Shown here piece after piece: positions 18,948 to 28,276 of a stretch of 55,193 bases of DNA (position 1 is the first letter of the stretch; each line of letters starts with the position of its first letter). A model generated the notes under the pieces. That model was not told the origin of the DNA. It ran no database searches and saw only the letters and a program-made list of their open reading frames with translations. The translations under genes and the position numbers were made by a program. The DNA is from a virus (lineage: Duplodnaviria; Caudoviricetes): the IMG/VR virus record IMGVR_UViG_3300001338_000004, positions 1 to 55,193 of that record; one strand, 5' to 3'.

Positions 18948-19304
18948 CTACTTCGCGGCCAACAGGCCCGCCATTTCGATTTGAAACTTGCCGCCGGGCC
19001 GCTCCTGGTGATAGTGGAACACCGTGTTGGGGTTGTACATCGCCAGCTGCCGTGCTTCGTACCGCGCTTCGCTCAACTCCGCAAAGCGCTGCGGCCGTGT
19101 CCGGGTCTGCTCGCCCAGTACCAGCGTCTTGCGCTCCGCACACGCCAGCAGCGGCAAGCGAATCGCGCCGAGGCCACGAGCACGAGACAGCGACAGGCCG
19201 CTCGGCACGAAGCCGTTCCATCGGTTGGTTTTCTTGGCGGATTTCTTCGCGGATTTCTTCGTGGTCTTGCGCCGTGCCGGTTTGCCGTGTCGTCGTTTCG
19301 CCAT
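18948..19304 (-). CDS. Basic hypothetical protein
   Basis: MAKRRHGKPARRKTTKKSAKK start with GGGAG RBS. Confidence 0.65.
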   Translation of the reverse strand: MAKRRHGKPARRKTTKKSAKKSAKKTNRWNGFVPSGLSLSRARGLGAIRLPLLACAERKTLVLGEQTRTRPQRFAELSEARYEARQLAMYNPNTVFHYHQERPGGKFQIEMAGLLAAK

Positions 19305-19364
19305 TTCCGAATCTCCCGTCCCGTATGCTCTCCGGCCGGTGTGGCCGCAAAGGCGCTGTAACGC

Positions 19365-19570
19365 GCGTCTAATTATCCCCCGAAACGGCCCGGGAAACCC
19401 ACACCAATTTTCGTGAGGTTTCCGGAGCAATTCAGCGAAACCTCCCAATTGGCGTGGTCCGGCCCGCCCGTACACGTGCCTTCAGGGTGGGCTTCCCTGG
19501 GCCCGGTTCGTGGAAACCTCAGCAATTCCGGTGATGAATTCAGGCCCGGAATTGCTGACGTTTCACGTGA
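19365..19570. promoter_or_regulatory. Intergenic control region with inverted repeat and putative leftward promoter
   Basis: 13-bp perfect IR tcagcaattccgg (19519-19531) / ccggaattgctga (19546-19558); minus-strand GATAAT near 19375. Confidence 0.55.
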
Positions 19571-20015
19571 TGGGTGTCGATTCCGTGGTCCAATAAAATG
19601 TGACCGCCCACGGCGCGTTCGTCCCATCTTTGGCAATGCCGTACGGTGTTTTCTTCGCCATTTTCCAGAGTGCCGTAGCCGCCGGCTCCACACTCTCGAT
19701 CGTAGCGAACTTCGCCGACGGGAACAGGGCCGCGAACCCGCCGGACGCCTTGTGTTTCTCGATCCGTTCACAGCCCAGCGCCTTGGCAATTCCCCAGACC
19801 GCCAGCAAGCTGGGATGGGGTATCGAGGCTAGCTGTTGGTGCGGTTTCACGCGGACGATCTTGGTCCGGTGGATCGTTTTCGGTTGGCGTCCGAAGCGAC
19901 GTTTCATCCCCTCGCTGATTGCGGTACAGTGGCGTGGGGACAGGGTCCGACCTTTGAGTTTCTTAACCCGTCGCGCCCGATGCGTCGGACTTTGCTTATA
20001 CCCTTTTCTTGGCAT
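19563..20015 (-). CDS. NUMOD3-motif DNA-binding protein
   Basis: KGYKQSPTHRARR..KGRTLSPRHCTAIS tandem NUMOD3-like motifs. Confidence 0.55.
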   Translation of the reverse strand: MPRKGYKQSPTHRARRVKKLKGRTLSPRHCTAISEGMKRRFGRQPKTIHRTKIVRVKPHQQLASIPHPSLLAVWGIAKALGCERIEKHKASGGFAALFPSAKFATIESVEPAATALWKMAKKTPYGIAKDGTNAPWAVTFYWTTESTPIT

Positions 20016-20421
20016 CGCGCTCCGCCCTTTCGAAGTCGTCTTCCAACAATTCGATTGCGCGACCGGCCCGCGCTTTGATGAGCTCGTCGATCAGGTAGTA
20101 CATATGCCCGAATGCCAGTAGGCCCGCTTTATACCCCGGCGTAACCTGTGTCGCCGGCTCCTGGCCGACACGCCACTCGTCGTGTAAGTTGCGCAACGAC
20201 CGACGGAGTTTCTGGAGGTCTGTCAACGACCGTGGTGGCTCATCGTCGTGCTGATACGGGTACCGGTGCCGGATCCACCGATAGCGAACCCAGTTATACA
20301 GCGGTGCGACGCGGGCGAACAGGGAAGAGCGCTTTTTGCCGACGACGGACATAGTCACTATAGTTTTCCTCTGGTGTTTGCCACGACAAGTGGCGCAAAT
20401 CAACGCATTTATAGTTGTCAC
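19996..20421 (-). CDS. Hypothetical protein
   Basis: ORF in operon; start uncertain because it overlaps the HNH gene end. Confidence 0.45.
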   Translation of the reverse strand: MTTINALICATCRGKHQRKTIVTMSVVGKKRSSLFARVAPLYNWVRYRWIRHRYPYQHDDEPPRSLTDLQKLRRSLRNLHDEWRVGQEPATQVTPGYKAGLLAFGHMYYLIDELIKARAGRAIELLEDDFERAERDAKKRV

Positions 20422-20716
20422 ACGAATGGGCGGCGTGTAGTCCCACGCGTTCTTCGAGGGGTACGCCGTCCTTCAAAAACAGTACTACCCGGGCCACGTG
20501 CACGACCGGCGTTCCCTGTCCACCCAGGTGAATGACGGGACGCGGATTGCAGTGTGCGTGTGACTTCTTCCACTTCTTTGTCGAGTACGCCCCGGTCCAC
20601 TCCCGGCATCCGGTCTGCCGGTTGTACTTTACGTAGCGTATGAGACGTTCTAGCAACGTCCCTCGGGTACGCGGCGTCCGTGGATGCAACGACGGTTGGC
20701 GACGACGGGTCTTCAC
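20294..20716 (-). CDS. HNH (His-Me finger) endonuclease
   Basis: GCREWTGA...VHVARVV...AAHSCDNYKCVDLRHL...EN; GTG overlaps the upstream TGA. Confidence 0.8.
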   Translation of the reverse strand: MKTRRRQPSLHPRTPRTRGTLLERLIRYVKYNRQTGCREWTGAYSTKKWKKSHAHCNPRPVIHLGGQGTPVVHVARVVLFLKDGVPLEERVGLHAAHSCDNYKCVDLRHLSWQTPEENYSDYVRRRQKALFPVRPRRTAV

Positions 20717-21519
20717 GCGAGCAACGACCGCATGGTGCGAGTGCGAATGAAACGCTGTGCGGCCCGGCCGTGAGCCACGATGGCGATCGATTTCGCATTC
20801 ACCGTATTGCCCTGGCACAGCTGACATTTCTGGCACACCGTCTGATGGCCCGCTTCAGCCGACGCCGGACAGACAATTTCATCCCGTGCCAGGAGTTCCT
20901 CGGGCGTACGACACCGGAACGTACGCCAGCCGAGGAGACGCGCCTCACGCTGCTCCGCTGCATTGTCCACGCTTGCCATCAAGAAGTACCGCAAGGCCGC
21001 GTTCGCCGGGTCACGCCAGAAGTGCGTGTACCCCGTCCATCCGGCCAGCACCGGCAGGATCAACTGCCATATCGGTAGCGGCACTGCGGCCGGGTCACCG
21101 TACGCGCCGATACGTAGATACCCGCCGTTCAACACCGAACGAATCTGCGTGTTCGAGTAACGTGGGTACGGCTCCCGCTGTTCCCGTCGCCAGATGGACT
21201 GCGGCCCGCGCCATACCGGCACGTAACAGGTGCGTCCGGTTTGCTCGTTCCCTTTGCGATGCACGCAGTTGCCACAGATCGCGCGGTCGTCGTCGTGGCG
21301 GTTCGCAACCCCTGGGGTGGTCTTCGCGACGAGGATCCAGGCTTGCCACATATCGCCGAGTTTGCGATTCGGCGTAGCGGCGGGCGGTGTCACAACGACC
21401 AGGATGCGTGGGCCGGCAAATCCTGGAAGGACGGACGGCCCGTCGTAGATCACGAAGCTATCGGGGCGTATTGGCACGGTCCACCTGTTCGATCTGGAGA
21501 TTGACCCGGTCGATCGCAA
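20713..21519 (-). CDS. Cys-rich phage protein, putative Fe-S/radical-SAM-like fold (start uncertain)
   Basis: NRKLG, CGNC...CY, RIGAYGDP, GYTH, MASVD and CPA...CQKCQLC. Confidence 0.55.
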   Translation of the reverse strand: MRSTGSISRSNRWTVPIRPDSFVIYDGPSVLPGFAGPRILVVVTPPAATPNRKLGDMWQAWILVAKTTPGVANRHDDDRAICGNCVHRKGNEQTGRTCYVPVWRGPQSIWRREQREPYPRYSNTQIRSVLNGGYLRIGAYGDPAAVPLPIWQLILPVLAGWTGYTHFWRDPANAALRYFLMASVDNAAEQREARLLGWRTFRCRTPEELLARDEIVCPASAEAGHQTVCQKCQLCQGNTVNAKSIAIVAHGRAAQRFIRTRTMRSLLA

Positions 21520-21633
21520 ATTGAATCCCGTCGCGGTAGCCCGCCTTGTACGCTTCGTATGTGATGCCGTGCATCGCGAACAGCGCTACCACGGCGATCA
21601 GAATCCACCACGCAACGCGCTCTGCCGTCGGTT

Positions 21634-22491
21634 TCATTCGTCCTCCCATCGGTCCCACATCACGGGTCCTTGATAGCCGCCGTCGCGTGTCCACCGGGGA
21701 AACTCGATGCGCAGCATCCGTCCGATATCCGGATGTTGGGCATGCCCAGAGACCGACCGTGCGCGCTCTTCGAATCGTCGGAGCTGCTCGTTGTCCAGCG
21801 TCTTCACACTGGTGGTTTTCCCTCGGGCATCACGGAGCAACACCACCGCATAGCGGCCGCGATTCACTTTCTCACCCCGGCTTTCTTCGAACCCGACTAC
21901 GCGAAGGGCCGCGGTCTTGAAGCGTTTGTATTTCAACCACGTACGCGTCCGTTCGCCCGGTTCGTACGTCGACACCCGGTGTTTGAGCATCAGACCCTCG
22001 CCGCCGCGCTTGATGATGCGCGTGGCCAGCGCCTTCATATCCGCTTCGGTACGTACCGTCGCTTGGTCGATCAGCCGAACCACCGGGGTCCATGACCGGG
22101 TGTACGCCTCTTCGAGATACTGCCGTCGTGCGGCAAGCGACTGCCCGATCAGTAGTGTGCCGTTGCGTTCGAGCACGTCGAACAATACGACGCGTGCTTC
22201 GTGTTGCAGGTCCTTGCGCTTGACGTCGGTCGCCGTATCGCCGGCCAGCAACTCACCGTCGTACAGTCCCGGACGAAGCCACGAGAGATGCGTCCGCAGA
22301 TGGTCGGGAAGCTCCGCCACCGGCATCTGACCACGACGCGGCCGCTTATAGGCGGTGACCCGCTTGCCGACTCGAATGAATACGCGGTGGCCGTCGAGCT
22401 TCTCTTCCAGGACCCAGTCACGCCAACACTGCTCCACGTACTTGGGTTGATACGCCGTGGCGAGCATTGGATGGAGTTTCAGTCCAGGCAT
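21634..22491 (-). CDS. ATP-dependent DNA ligase
   Basis: PMLA, motif I EEKLDGHR, YDGEL, VLFDVL, EGLMLK and WLKYK; GGAGG RBS. Confidence 0.93.
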   Translation of the reverse strand: MPGLKLHPMLATAYQPKYVEQCWRDWVLEEKLDGHRVFIRVGKRVTAYKRPRRGQMPVAELPDHLRTHLSWLRPGLYDGELLAGDTATDVKRKDLQHEARVVLFDVLERNGTLLIGQSLAARRQYLEEAYTRSWTPVVRLIDQATVRTEADMKALATRIIKRGGEGLMLKHRVSTYEPGERTRTWLKYKRFKTAALRVVGFEESRGEKVNRGRYAVVLLRDARGKTTSVKTLDNEQLRRFEERARSVSGHAQHPDIGRMLRIEFPRWTRDGGYQGPVMWDRWEDE

Positions 22492-22693
22492 ATCCCCTCC
22501 ACCAGCGTCCACTTGCGCACACAGTACCAACACGAGGGCCGCTGCTCACACGGCGCGGTCACCCGTCCGTCGAAGGATAGGTGAACCGTTGTCGGCACCA
22601 AACGGATGCCTACATGTTGCTCGGATGCGCCGACGAGTACGGTCGCCTCGGGTAGCGCAGCCAGGGCCTCGGCGAGTTGTCGGGTCGTGGTGA

Positions 22694-22942
22694 TCATGAC
22701 ACCACCTCCCACTCTTCCGTATCCCGGTCCGCGATGCGATGCTCGAGGACGAACTCCATTCCCGCAATAGCGAGTTCGCTCTTCAGATGACGGACATGCG
22801 TGAGCTCCGCGTCGGTCCACAACCGCCGATCCCCCGACATCACGCCCGTTGCATCGAGGGTCACCCGTTTGATGCGTCCGTTGCCTACCCGTTCTACCCC
22901 GGCAAACAGCCAGGCACCGTGTCTCAGTCGATACATCTCCAC
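22694..22942 (-). CDS. Hypothetical protein
   Basis: GGAGGT RBS; operon packing. Confidence 0.5.
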   Translation of the reverse strand: MEMYRLRHGAWLFAGVERVGNGRIKRVTLDATGVMSGDRRLWTDAELTHVRHLKSELAIAGMEFVLEHRIADRDTEEWEVVS

Positions 22943-23164
22943 CGTCCTACCTCCGTTTGAGTACCGTCACCTGTTCCGTAATGTCTTTCGCTTTTTCGAA
23001 TCGCGTCGCTTCGTCTTCAACGTAGTTGTACGGCATACGCTGTTTCGCTTCATGCATCAACGCCTCGGCCTCGGCGACAAGCGCTTTATGTATCAAACTC
23101 TCGATACCCTTGCCGTCGAGGGCCTCGGCAACGAACGAGAATGCATCCGGGTGAAATTGAATGT

Positions 23165-23572
23165 TCAGAGACCCGGCACGTTTCGTACAAGGCCGTCGAT
23201 CGCCCACACGTCCCGATGCAGTGGATGCTCGGAGTTGACGCGCAGGTACTGCCACACGAGGCGAAGGCTGATGCCGCTTCTTGGGTCCCATACTTTTGTC
23301 CATCGGGTCCGTTCGTCTACCTGTGGGTCGGGCAGGGTCATGAACTCCACCCACCCGGGAATATTCTGGAGTACGTACTGTAGTAAACACCCGACGCAGA
23401 CCTGTACCCGCTCTTCGTCCAACGGCCCGAAGAACTGCAGCTGGAAGTGAAATGCCTCTGCTCGTACCTCGGCTGACCATGGTTGGGCAATCACCGGGCC
23501 GACGTTGCGTATCTTGGACAGTTCGTCTTCGACACGCGTGAGAACATCGTACAGAAATTCGTTGGGTGTCAT
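23165..23572 (-). CDS. Hypothetical protein
   Basis: ATGA overlap with the upstream gene. Confidence 0.6.
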   Translation of the reverse strand: MTPNEFLYDVLTRVEDELSKIRNVGPVIAQPWSAEVRAEAFHFQLQFFGPLDEERVQVCVGCLLQYVLQNIPGWVEFMTLPDPQVDERTRWTKVWDPRSGISLRLVWQYLRVNSEHPLHRDVWAIDGLVRNVPGL

Positions 23573-23949
23573 AGGTCGCCCAACTTGTCGGCCATCTCAT
23601 CCGTCAGGAACCCGCCGAACTCGCCGCGAGCGGCTCGAATACTCGACGGAATATACATCTCGTAGCTGCCGTCGAGTGACGTGATCGCATGCCGCTCGGA
23701 TTTGATCGTAATGGACCGCAACGTTCCGACCGGAATCAGTGTGCCTTTCCGGCCGAGGACAAAGACGTCGAGTCCTGCCATGGCGGCGGTTGGGTCCCAC
23801 CGTGGCGTCTCTTGCACCACCCGGACGGGGTCGCGTTCTTTCAGCAACGCCGCTTCGGTGGGTGAGGCGAGTGTCACCAACGCGGTGGACCCGGCCACCG
23901 AGGCGATGAGGCCCTGTAAGAAGGAGCGACGTTCAATCGGTTCAGCCAT
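23569..23949 (-). CDS. Protein with twin-arginine (Tat)-type signal
   Basis: MAEPIERRSFLQGLIASVAGSTALVTLASPTEAA; GGAGG RBS. Confidence 0.65.
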   Translation of the reverse strand: MAEPIERRSFLQGLIASVAGSTALVTLASPTEAALLKERDPVRVVQETPRWDPTAAMAGLDVFVLGRKGTLIPVGTLRSITIKSERHAITSLDGSYEMYIPSSIRAARGEFGGFLTDEMADKLGDL

Positions 23950-24403
23950 TGGTCCTCCACGGCCCGGCGTCCCGGCGAATGGCACCGCAGTCGAGGCACT
24001 GTTCAACCGGGAGAATCCGCTGCGTGGCGGTATTCCCCCACCCGGGTCCGCGTACCGTCTCTGCCTGGTCGGTCTTCCGCGTCCGTCCGTGAACGCACGA
24101 GGTCCGTATCTTCTCGACGACCAACCCGACGCCCGGGAATACCGCTAGCGGCCGCGTGATCGTGGTCGTAGGGTGGGGTGACAGTAGATATGTCTTGTCG
24201 GAGGCGTCGAAGGTGATCGTCCACTTCAGATGCGCGTCGAAGGTTTTCACCTTCACCCGGACGCCGTTGGGGAACTCGGCAGCCAACGCGCCGATGAAGG
24301 AGCGAAGCGAGTCCACCTCGTTGCGCAACCCGGCCGCGGCCGAGGCATCGCCCAACAGCGCGTCGACGCTATCCCAGACGCGGTCGCCGATCCGTACGTT
24401 CAT
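23942..24403 (-). CDS. Hypothetical protein
   Basis: ATG 24403 with GGAGG RBS. Confidence 0.55.
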   Translation of the reverse strand: MNVRIGDRVWDSVDALLGDASAAAGLRNEVDSLRSFIGALAAEFPNGVRVKVKTFDAHLKWTITFDASDKTYLLSPHPTTTITRPLAVFPGVGLVVEKIRTSCVHGRTRKTDQAETVRGPGWGNTATQRILPVEQCLDCGAIRRDAGPWRTNG

Positions 24404-24603
24404 CGCGTCCTCCAGATGAGAAACAGGATCCCCAACACCAGCAGCGTGTTGACAACCGCGACGGTCCCCGGCGTTTCGGCGGTACGGGTCTTCTCGGCTG
24501 CTACGCGCACCCGATGTCCGTGGTCGTGCATCGCGAAGATGACGACGTACCACGAGGCGATCACTTTCCCGACGATCCAGACGTAGGTCCCAATCCATTC
24601 CAT
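24400..24603 (-). CDS. Small two-TM membrane protein
   Basis: AAGGAGG RBS; two hydrophobic segments. Confidence 0.55.
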   Translation of the reverse strand: MEWIGTYVWIVGKVIASWYVVIFAMHDHGHRVRVAAEKTRTAETPGTVAVVNTLLVLGILFLIWRTR

Positions 24604-24798
24604 CGCTTCCTCCTTAATTACGAACGGGTCCAAGCACAAGGGTGTGGTGGATGCCGTCGTAGGTCCATTCTAATCCGTTGCCAACGCACACACGCACTAC
24701 GAATAGCGTGCCCACGAAGGAGAGGAACAGCCACACCACGAGCAGTATCACGCTCAACAGGCGGTGGGTTTGATCGAGGGCGATCGACGCATTATAAT

Positions 24799-25080
24799 TC
24801 ATAGTGTCTCCGTATTGACGATTTCCAACCAGACGTACGCGTGACATTGCTCCGGAGCGCACCAACAGACGAGGTGTTTTCCTTTGAGCGCTTTCTTCGC
24901 GGCGGCTACGAGGGCCGGCTGATCGCGCAGGTATTCACGAAAGCGGGATACCACCATTTCCCGGCTGCCATCGCGGCCAAGAAGAAAAGGGTTGCCCCAT
25001 TTCGTGGGTCGGCCGACGTACACCGCATTCTCCGGCGTACGGGGATCACGGCGGTTCCAGACGGTGGGTGTCATCGCCAT
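24799..25080 (-). CDS. DUF4326-family protein
   Basis: VYVGRPTKWGNPF...L.GKHLVCWCAPEQCHA signature. Confidence 0.85.
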   Translation of the reverse strand: MAMTPTVWNRRDPRTPENAVYVGRPTKWGNPFLLGRDGSREMVVSRFREYLRDQPALVAAAKKALKGKHLVCWCAPEQCHAYVWLEIVNTETL

Positions 25081-25439
25081 ACCGAATCTAGTATGGACGC
25101 AATCGTCATCAGTGCGACGCCGGTGAGCATACCAAGCCAGAACATCTGCTGCTTCGTCATACCTATCTCTCCTACGTCTCCTGCCGCGCCGTGAGCATGG
25201 CTTGTTTTGCTCGGTAATCTGTGAACTCTCGGCACAGCAGCACGGCCTTCACAGCTAATTGTCGCGTGTTCAAGTCGGCCAGCGGATCGTCAAGCGGAAT
25301 AGACCGCACCACGTGTAGACACTCGCGCTCGAATAACTCGATAGACATCGGAAGGATGCGGCCTTCTACTAGCGCCGGTCCCCCATCATCACTCTTTCCC
25401 ATTGGTCGTCTCCTGTCGCACCCCGGGCGGTGCCGGGTC

Positions 25440-26000
25440 GGTTTCACGTAACTTTATTATCGCTCGGCCCGGGGTCCGTTTATCAACTAGTTGATAAACA
25501 CCGACGAATGCACGAAACAGGTTACGGGGAATAAAAGTCGATAAACTCGTTGAATTTGGGCGGAAATCTCGTCAAGAAGGAAATGCGGAAAGTGGATGAT
25601 CATGCGTCAGTACGTACGGTGGTTGGTGCATCGGTGAAATTCACGCCGAATTCCGCGCCCCCAGGGGAGGGCCGCCAAGTCGATAAACTTCCTTCTAACC
25701 TAAGTTAAATAAACGTTTTCCGTTCAATTAAGGGTTAAAACAGCCGAGACCCCCTCGGGGGCGGGGATTCGGCGTGAACCCGAATGAGCAACGAAACGGG
25801 ACCGGAATTGCTGATCGAACCTCGTGAGAATTTGAGGTCTACGATGAAAGGCACGAGAAAACACAAGAAATCAAGCGGATGATTTTGAAATAACGTTGTG
25901 CCATCGTGGCGAAACCACACAGGGCACGTGCCGCCGGCATTATTTCGATAGAAGCATGCACCGGTTGCGTTCCTTGTGTTTTCGTGTGTCCACCTACTCT
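25440..26000. promoter_or_regulatory. Divergent early/late control region (AT-richer; palindrome and repeated motifs)
   Basis: Strand switch point; 22-bp perfect palindrome at 25478-25499; AAGTCGATAAACT at 25535 and 25677. Confidence 0.7.
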
Positions 26001-26016
26001 GGAGAGGATTAGAACC

Positions 26017-26427
26017 ATGCAGTTGATGTTGCGAAATGCGATTCGGGTGCTGTCCGTGATGCTCGCGCTCAGCGCCTTCTTACTTATTACGCCCGCCCGG
26101 GCCACCAGTCGCGTCGACATGACGCCGCTGCAGCAGTGCCAGGCGGACCTCGGCTCCCAGAAGATCCTGACGGCACAAGCGAACGAAAGCGTGCGCTCAC
26201 TGACGGCCTCGGTGAATGCCGCGCAGGGCACCATCAATGCGCTCCTCCAGAATGCCGCGCAGGGCGTCGGGGCGCAGTTGGACAAGGAACTAAAAGTGCT
26301 GGAGAAGGATCTCGTCACGGGGCTCGGCGGCACCTGGAAGGACGACGGCACCGGCGATCGATTCGATTGGACCACCAAGACCGTGAAGAAAGCGACGCCG
26401 GCCACGCCACCGTTGCCGACGCGGTAA
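26017..26427 (+). CDS. Signal-peptide-bearing coiled-coil protein
   Basis: MQLMLRNAIRVLSVMLALSAFLLITPARA| with n/h/c regions; GGAG RBS. Confidence 0.7.
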   Translation: MQLMLRNAIRVLSVMLALSAFLLITPARATSRVDMTPLQQCQADLGSQKILTAQANESVRSLTASVNAAQGTINALLQNAAQGVGAQLDKELKVLEKDLVTGLGGTWKDDGTGDRFDWTTKTVKKATPATPPLPTR

Positions 26428-26451
26428 CTATCGTTATTACGGGAGGACACG

Positions 26452-27195
26452 ATGCGAGAACGACGCGTGCTATTCGGGTGGATGCTGGGGATGCTCTTGA
26501 CAGCATCACTGGCCTCGGCCCAGACCACCATTTACCCGGCGGGCAGCATTGGCGGCCTACCGGATCCCTTGCCGGCGGTGAGCGGACAGAACCTGACGAA
26601 TCTGCCGGTCGCCAACTTGCTCGTCGCCTCCCAGGCGCAGGGCGACGTCCTGTGTGCCTCCAGCGCAACCGTGTGGGGACGATTGGCCGGGGCCGCGACG
26701 GGCAATGCGCTGATCAGTGGCGGCGCGACGACGTGTCCCTCCTGGGGCAAGGTCACGCTGACCGGCCATGTCTCCGGTATCTTGCCGGTGGCCAATGGCG
26801 GTACCAACAACGCCTTCTTCACTATCGCCGGTCCTGCCAGCACGGCCAAGACCTACACATTCCCGAACGCGGACAGTACGGTACTGACGACGAATGCGTT
26901 GGTGACATCGGCCCAGATTGCGGGCGGCACGACCGTGACCGGGACATCGGGATTCGGGGTCACTCCGGGAACGATTGAAGCCGGGTCGGTGGACTTCGCC
27001 GGTCGGGTGACCACGGGTGCGGGCGGCGATACGGGTGGGGTGATCACGTTCGCCGGCACCTACTCGGTTGCGCCGCATTGTGTGGCCAACAACGAATCTA
27101 GTGTGGCGGCCGTGAATGTGATCGCGACCACCACGACGCTGACCTTCACCGGCGTCTTCACCGCGGCGGACAAGATTACGTGGGTGTGCCGATGA
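26452..27195 (+). CDS. Fibre-like virion protein with Sec signal peptide
   Basis: MRERRVLFGWMLGMLLTASLASA|Q; fibre motifs QGDVL...WGRLAG...GNALISGG and VSGILPVANGGT; C-terminal beta domain. Confidence 0.7.
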   Translation: MRERRVLFGWMLGMLLTASLASAQTTIYPAGSIGGLPDPLPAVSGQNLTNLPVANLLVASQAQGDVLCASSATVWGRLAGAATGNALISGGATTCPSWGKVTLTGHVSGILPVANGGTNNAFFTIAGPASTAKTYTFPNADSTVLTTNALVTSAQIAGGTTVTGTSGFGVTPGTIEAGSVDFAGRVTTGAGGDTGGVITFAGTYSVAPHCVANNESSVAAVNVIATTTTLTFTGVFTAADKITWVCR

Positions 27196-27539
27196 CCCGA
27201 ATTCTTTCATGCGTGCTCGTGCTCTGCCTCGGGGTGAGTGGACTCCTATGCGCGCAAGTAGCGGCGCTCACCAAGGAGACGATGACGATTACCGCCAGTG
27301 TGACCATGTTCGACAGTGCCACATTGGACAAGCAAGTTGGGCGCTGTACCGGCGTGACCGAGACCGCATCGTTTCGGTTCTGGACAACCGGTGACGCGCC
27401 GACGTCGTCGGTTGGCAAGTTGGTGAATGCCGGCAGTGTGATCGAGATTGTCGGCGCGGCCAGCTTGCGGAACTTCAAAGCGATCCGCACCGGCGGGACG
27501 TCGGCTACGGTGTCGTGGGAGTGTTACGGCGTTCGCTAA
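27192..27539 (+). CDS. Small beta-sandwich protein with Sec signal peptide
   Basis: MTRILSCVLVLCLGVSGLLCA|Q; ATGA overlap; two Cys in the mature part. Confidence 0.65.
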   Translation: MTRILSCVLVLCLGVSGLLCAQVAALTKETMTITASVTMFDSATLDKQVGRCTGVTETASFRFWTTGDAPTSSVGKLVNAGSVIEIVGAASLRNFKAIRTGGTSATVSWECYGVR

Positions 27540-27541
27540 CG

Positions 27542-27742
27542 ATGGACGGCGCACTACATGTACTGCCTGACGCGGATCTTCGAATGCACGACGAGACCGA
27601 CGCGTGTTGGTGCGTGCCGCGGATCGTGTGGGCCGACGGAGAATTTGTGGTGATCCACTTTGCGGCGGACGGACGCCAATTCTCTGAACGCCGACCACGG
27701 ACGGTGTCGTTGCGTTCGAAAGCGTGTACGGGAATTCACTAG
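27542..27742 (+). CDS. Small hypothetical protein
   Basis: HVLP..D...H....CWC.P....H pattern seen in small phage proteins. Confidence 0.5.
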   Translation: MDGALHVLPDADLRMHDETDACWCVPRIVWADGEFVVIHFAADGRQFSERRPRTVSLRSKACTGIH

Positions 27743-27759
27743 TCCTCGGGGAGGACACA

Positions 27760-28272
27760 ATGATCGAACCCTTTGACGTATCGTATCGGTGTGGTGGGCC
27801 CTGTGGGCGAACCCACTACGTGCCGTTGTCTCCCGGTGGAGAGTTCTACGGCATCTGCCCGGAGACGGGCGACGGCAAGAAGATGCAGCTCATTCCAGGG
27901 ACGCTGCGGATCTTGCAGACGAGGAACGCGCGATCGCCGCAAACGATGGAACGCGTGTACATCGTTCATCGAGCGGAGGCACCCACCGAATTGCAGCAAG
28001 CGTGCAGTGAGTGTGGAACGATCTTGCTCGACTATCACGCGCTGACCCAGCAGAAAGCGAATGCCGCCGTCTGCTACGATCCGGGTCGGTTGGTGGGACT
28101 GGCGCTGAACGCGCCGTGGGACCAGTACGTGGTGGCGGAGCCGCTGAGTCCCCATCGGGAGTTGCGTTGCTACGAATTGCCAACGCGATTCTCGCGCATT
28201 GAAGACGCGGTCCGTCGTTTGTTCCGGTGGCCGGGACCGACACGGATGACCGCGGAACCCGATATGAGGTGA
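27760..28272 (+). CDS. Hypothetical Zn-ribbon protein
   Basis: GGAGG RBS; CGGPC, CP and CSECG motifs. Confidence 0.6.
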   Translation: MIEPFDVSYRCGGPCGRTHYVPLSPGGEFYGICPETGDGKKMQLIPGTLRILQTRNARSPQTMERVYIVHRAEAPTELQQACSECGTILLDYHALTQQKANAAVCYDPGRLVGLALNAPWDQYVVAEPLSPHRELRCYELPTRFSRIEDAVRRLFRWPGPTRMTAEPDMR

Positions 28273-28276
28273 GCCG

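Noticed and set aside
19563-20716. Intron or intein associated with the HNH and NUMOD3 genes
   Set aside because: No interrupted host gene or splicing motifs seen; they appear free-standing.
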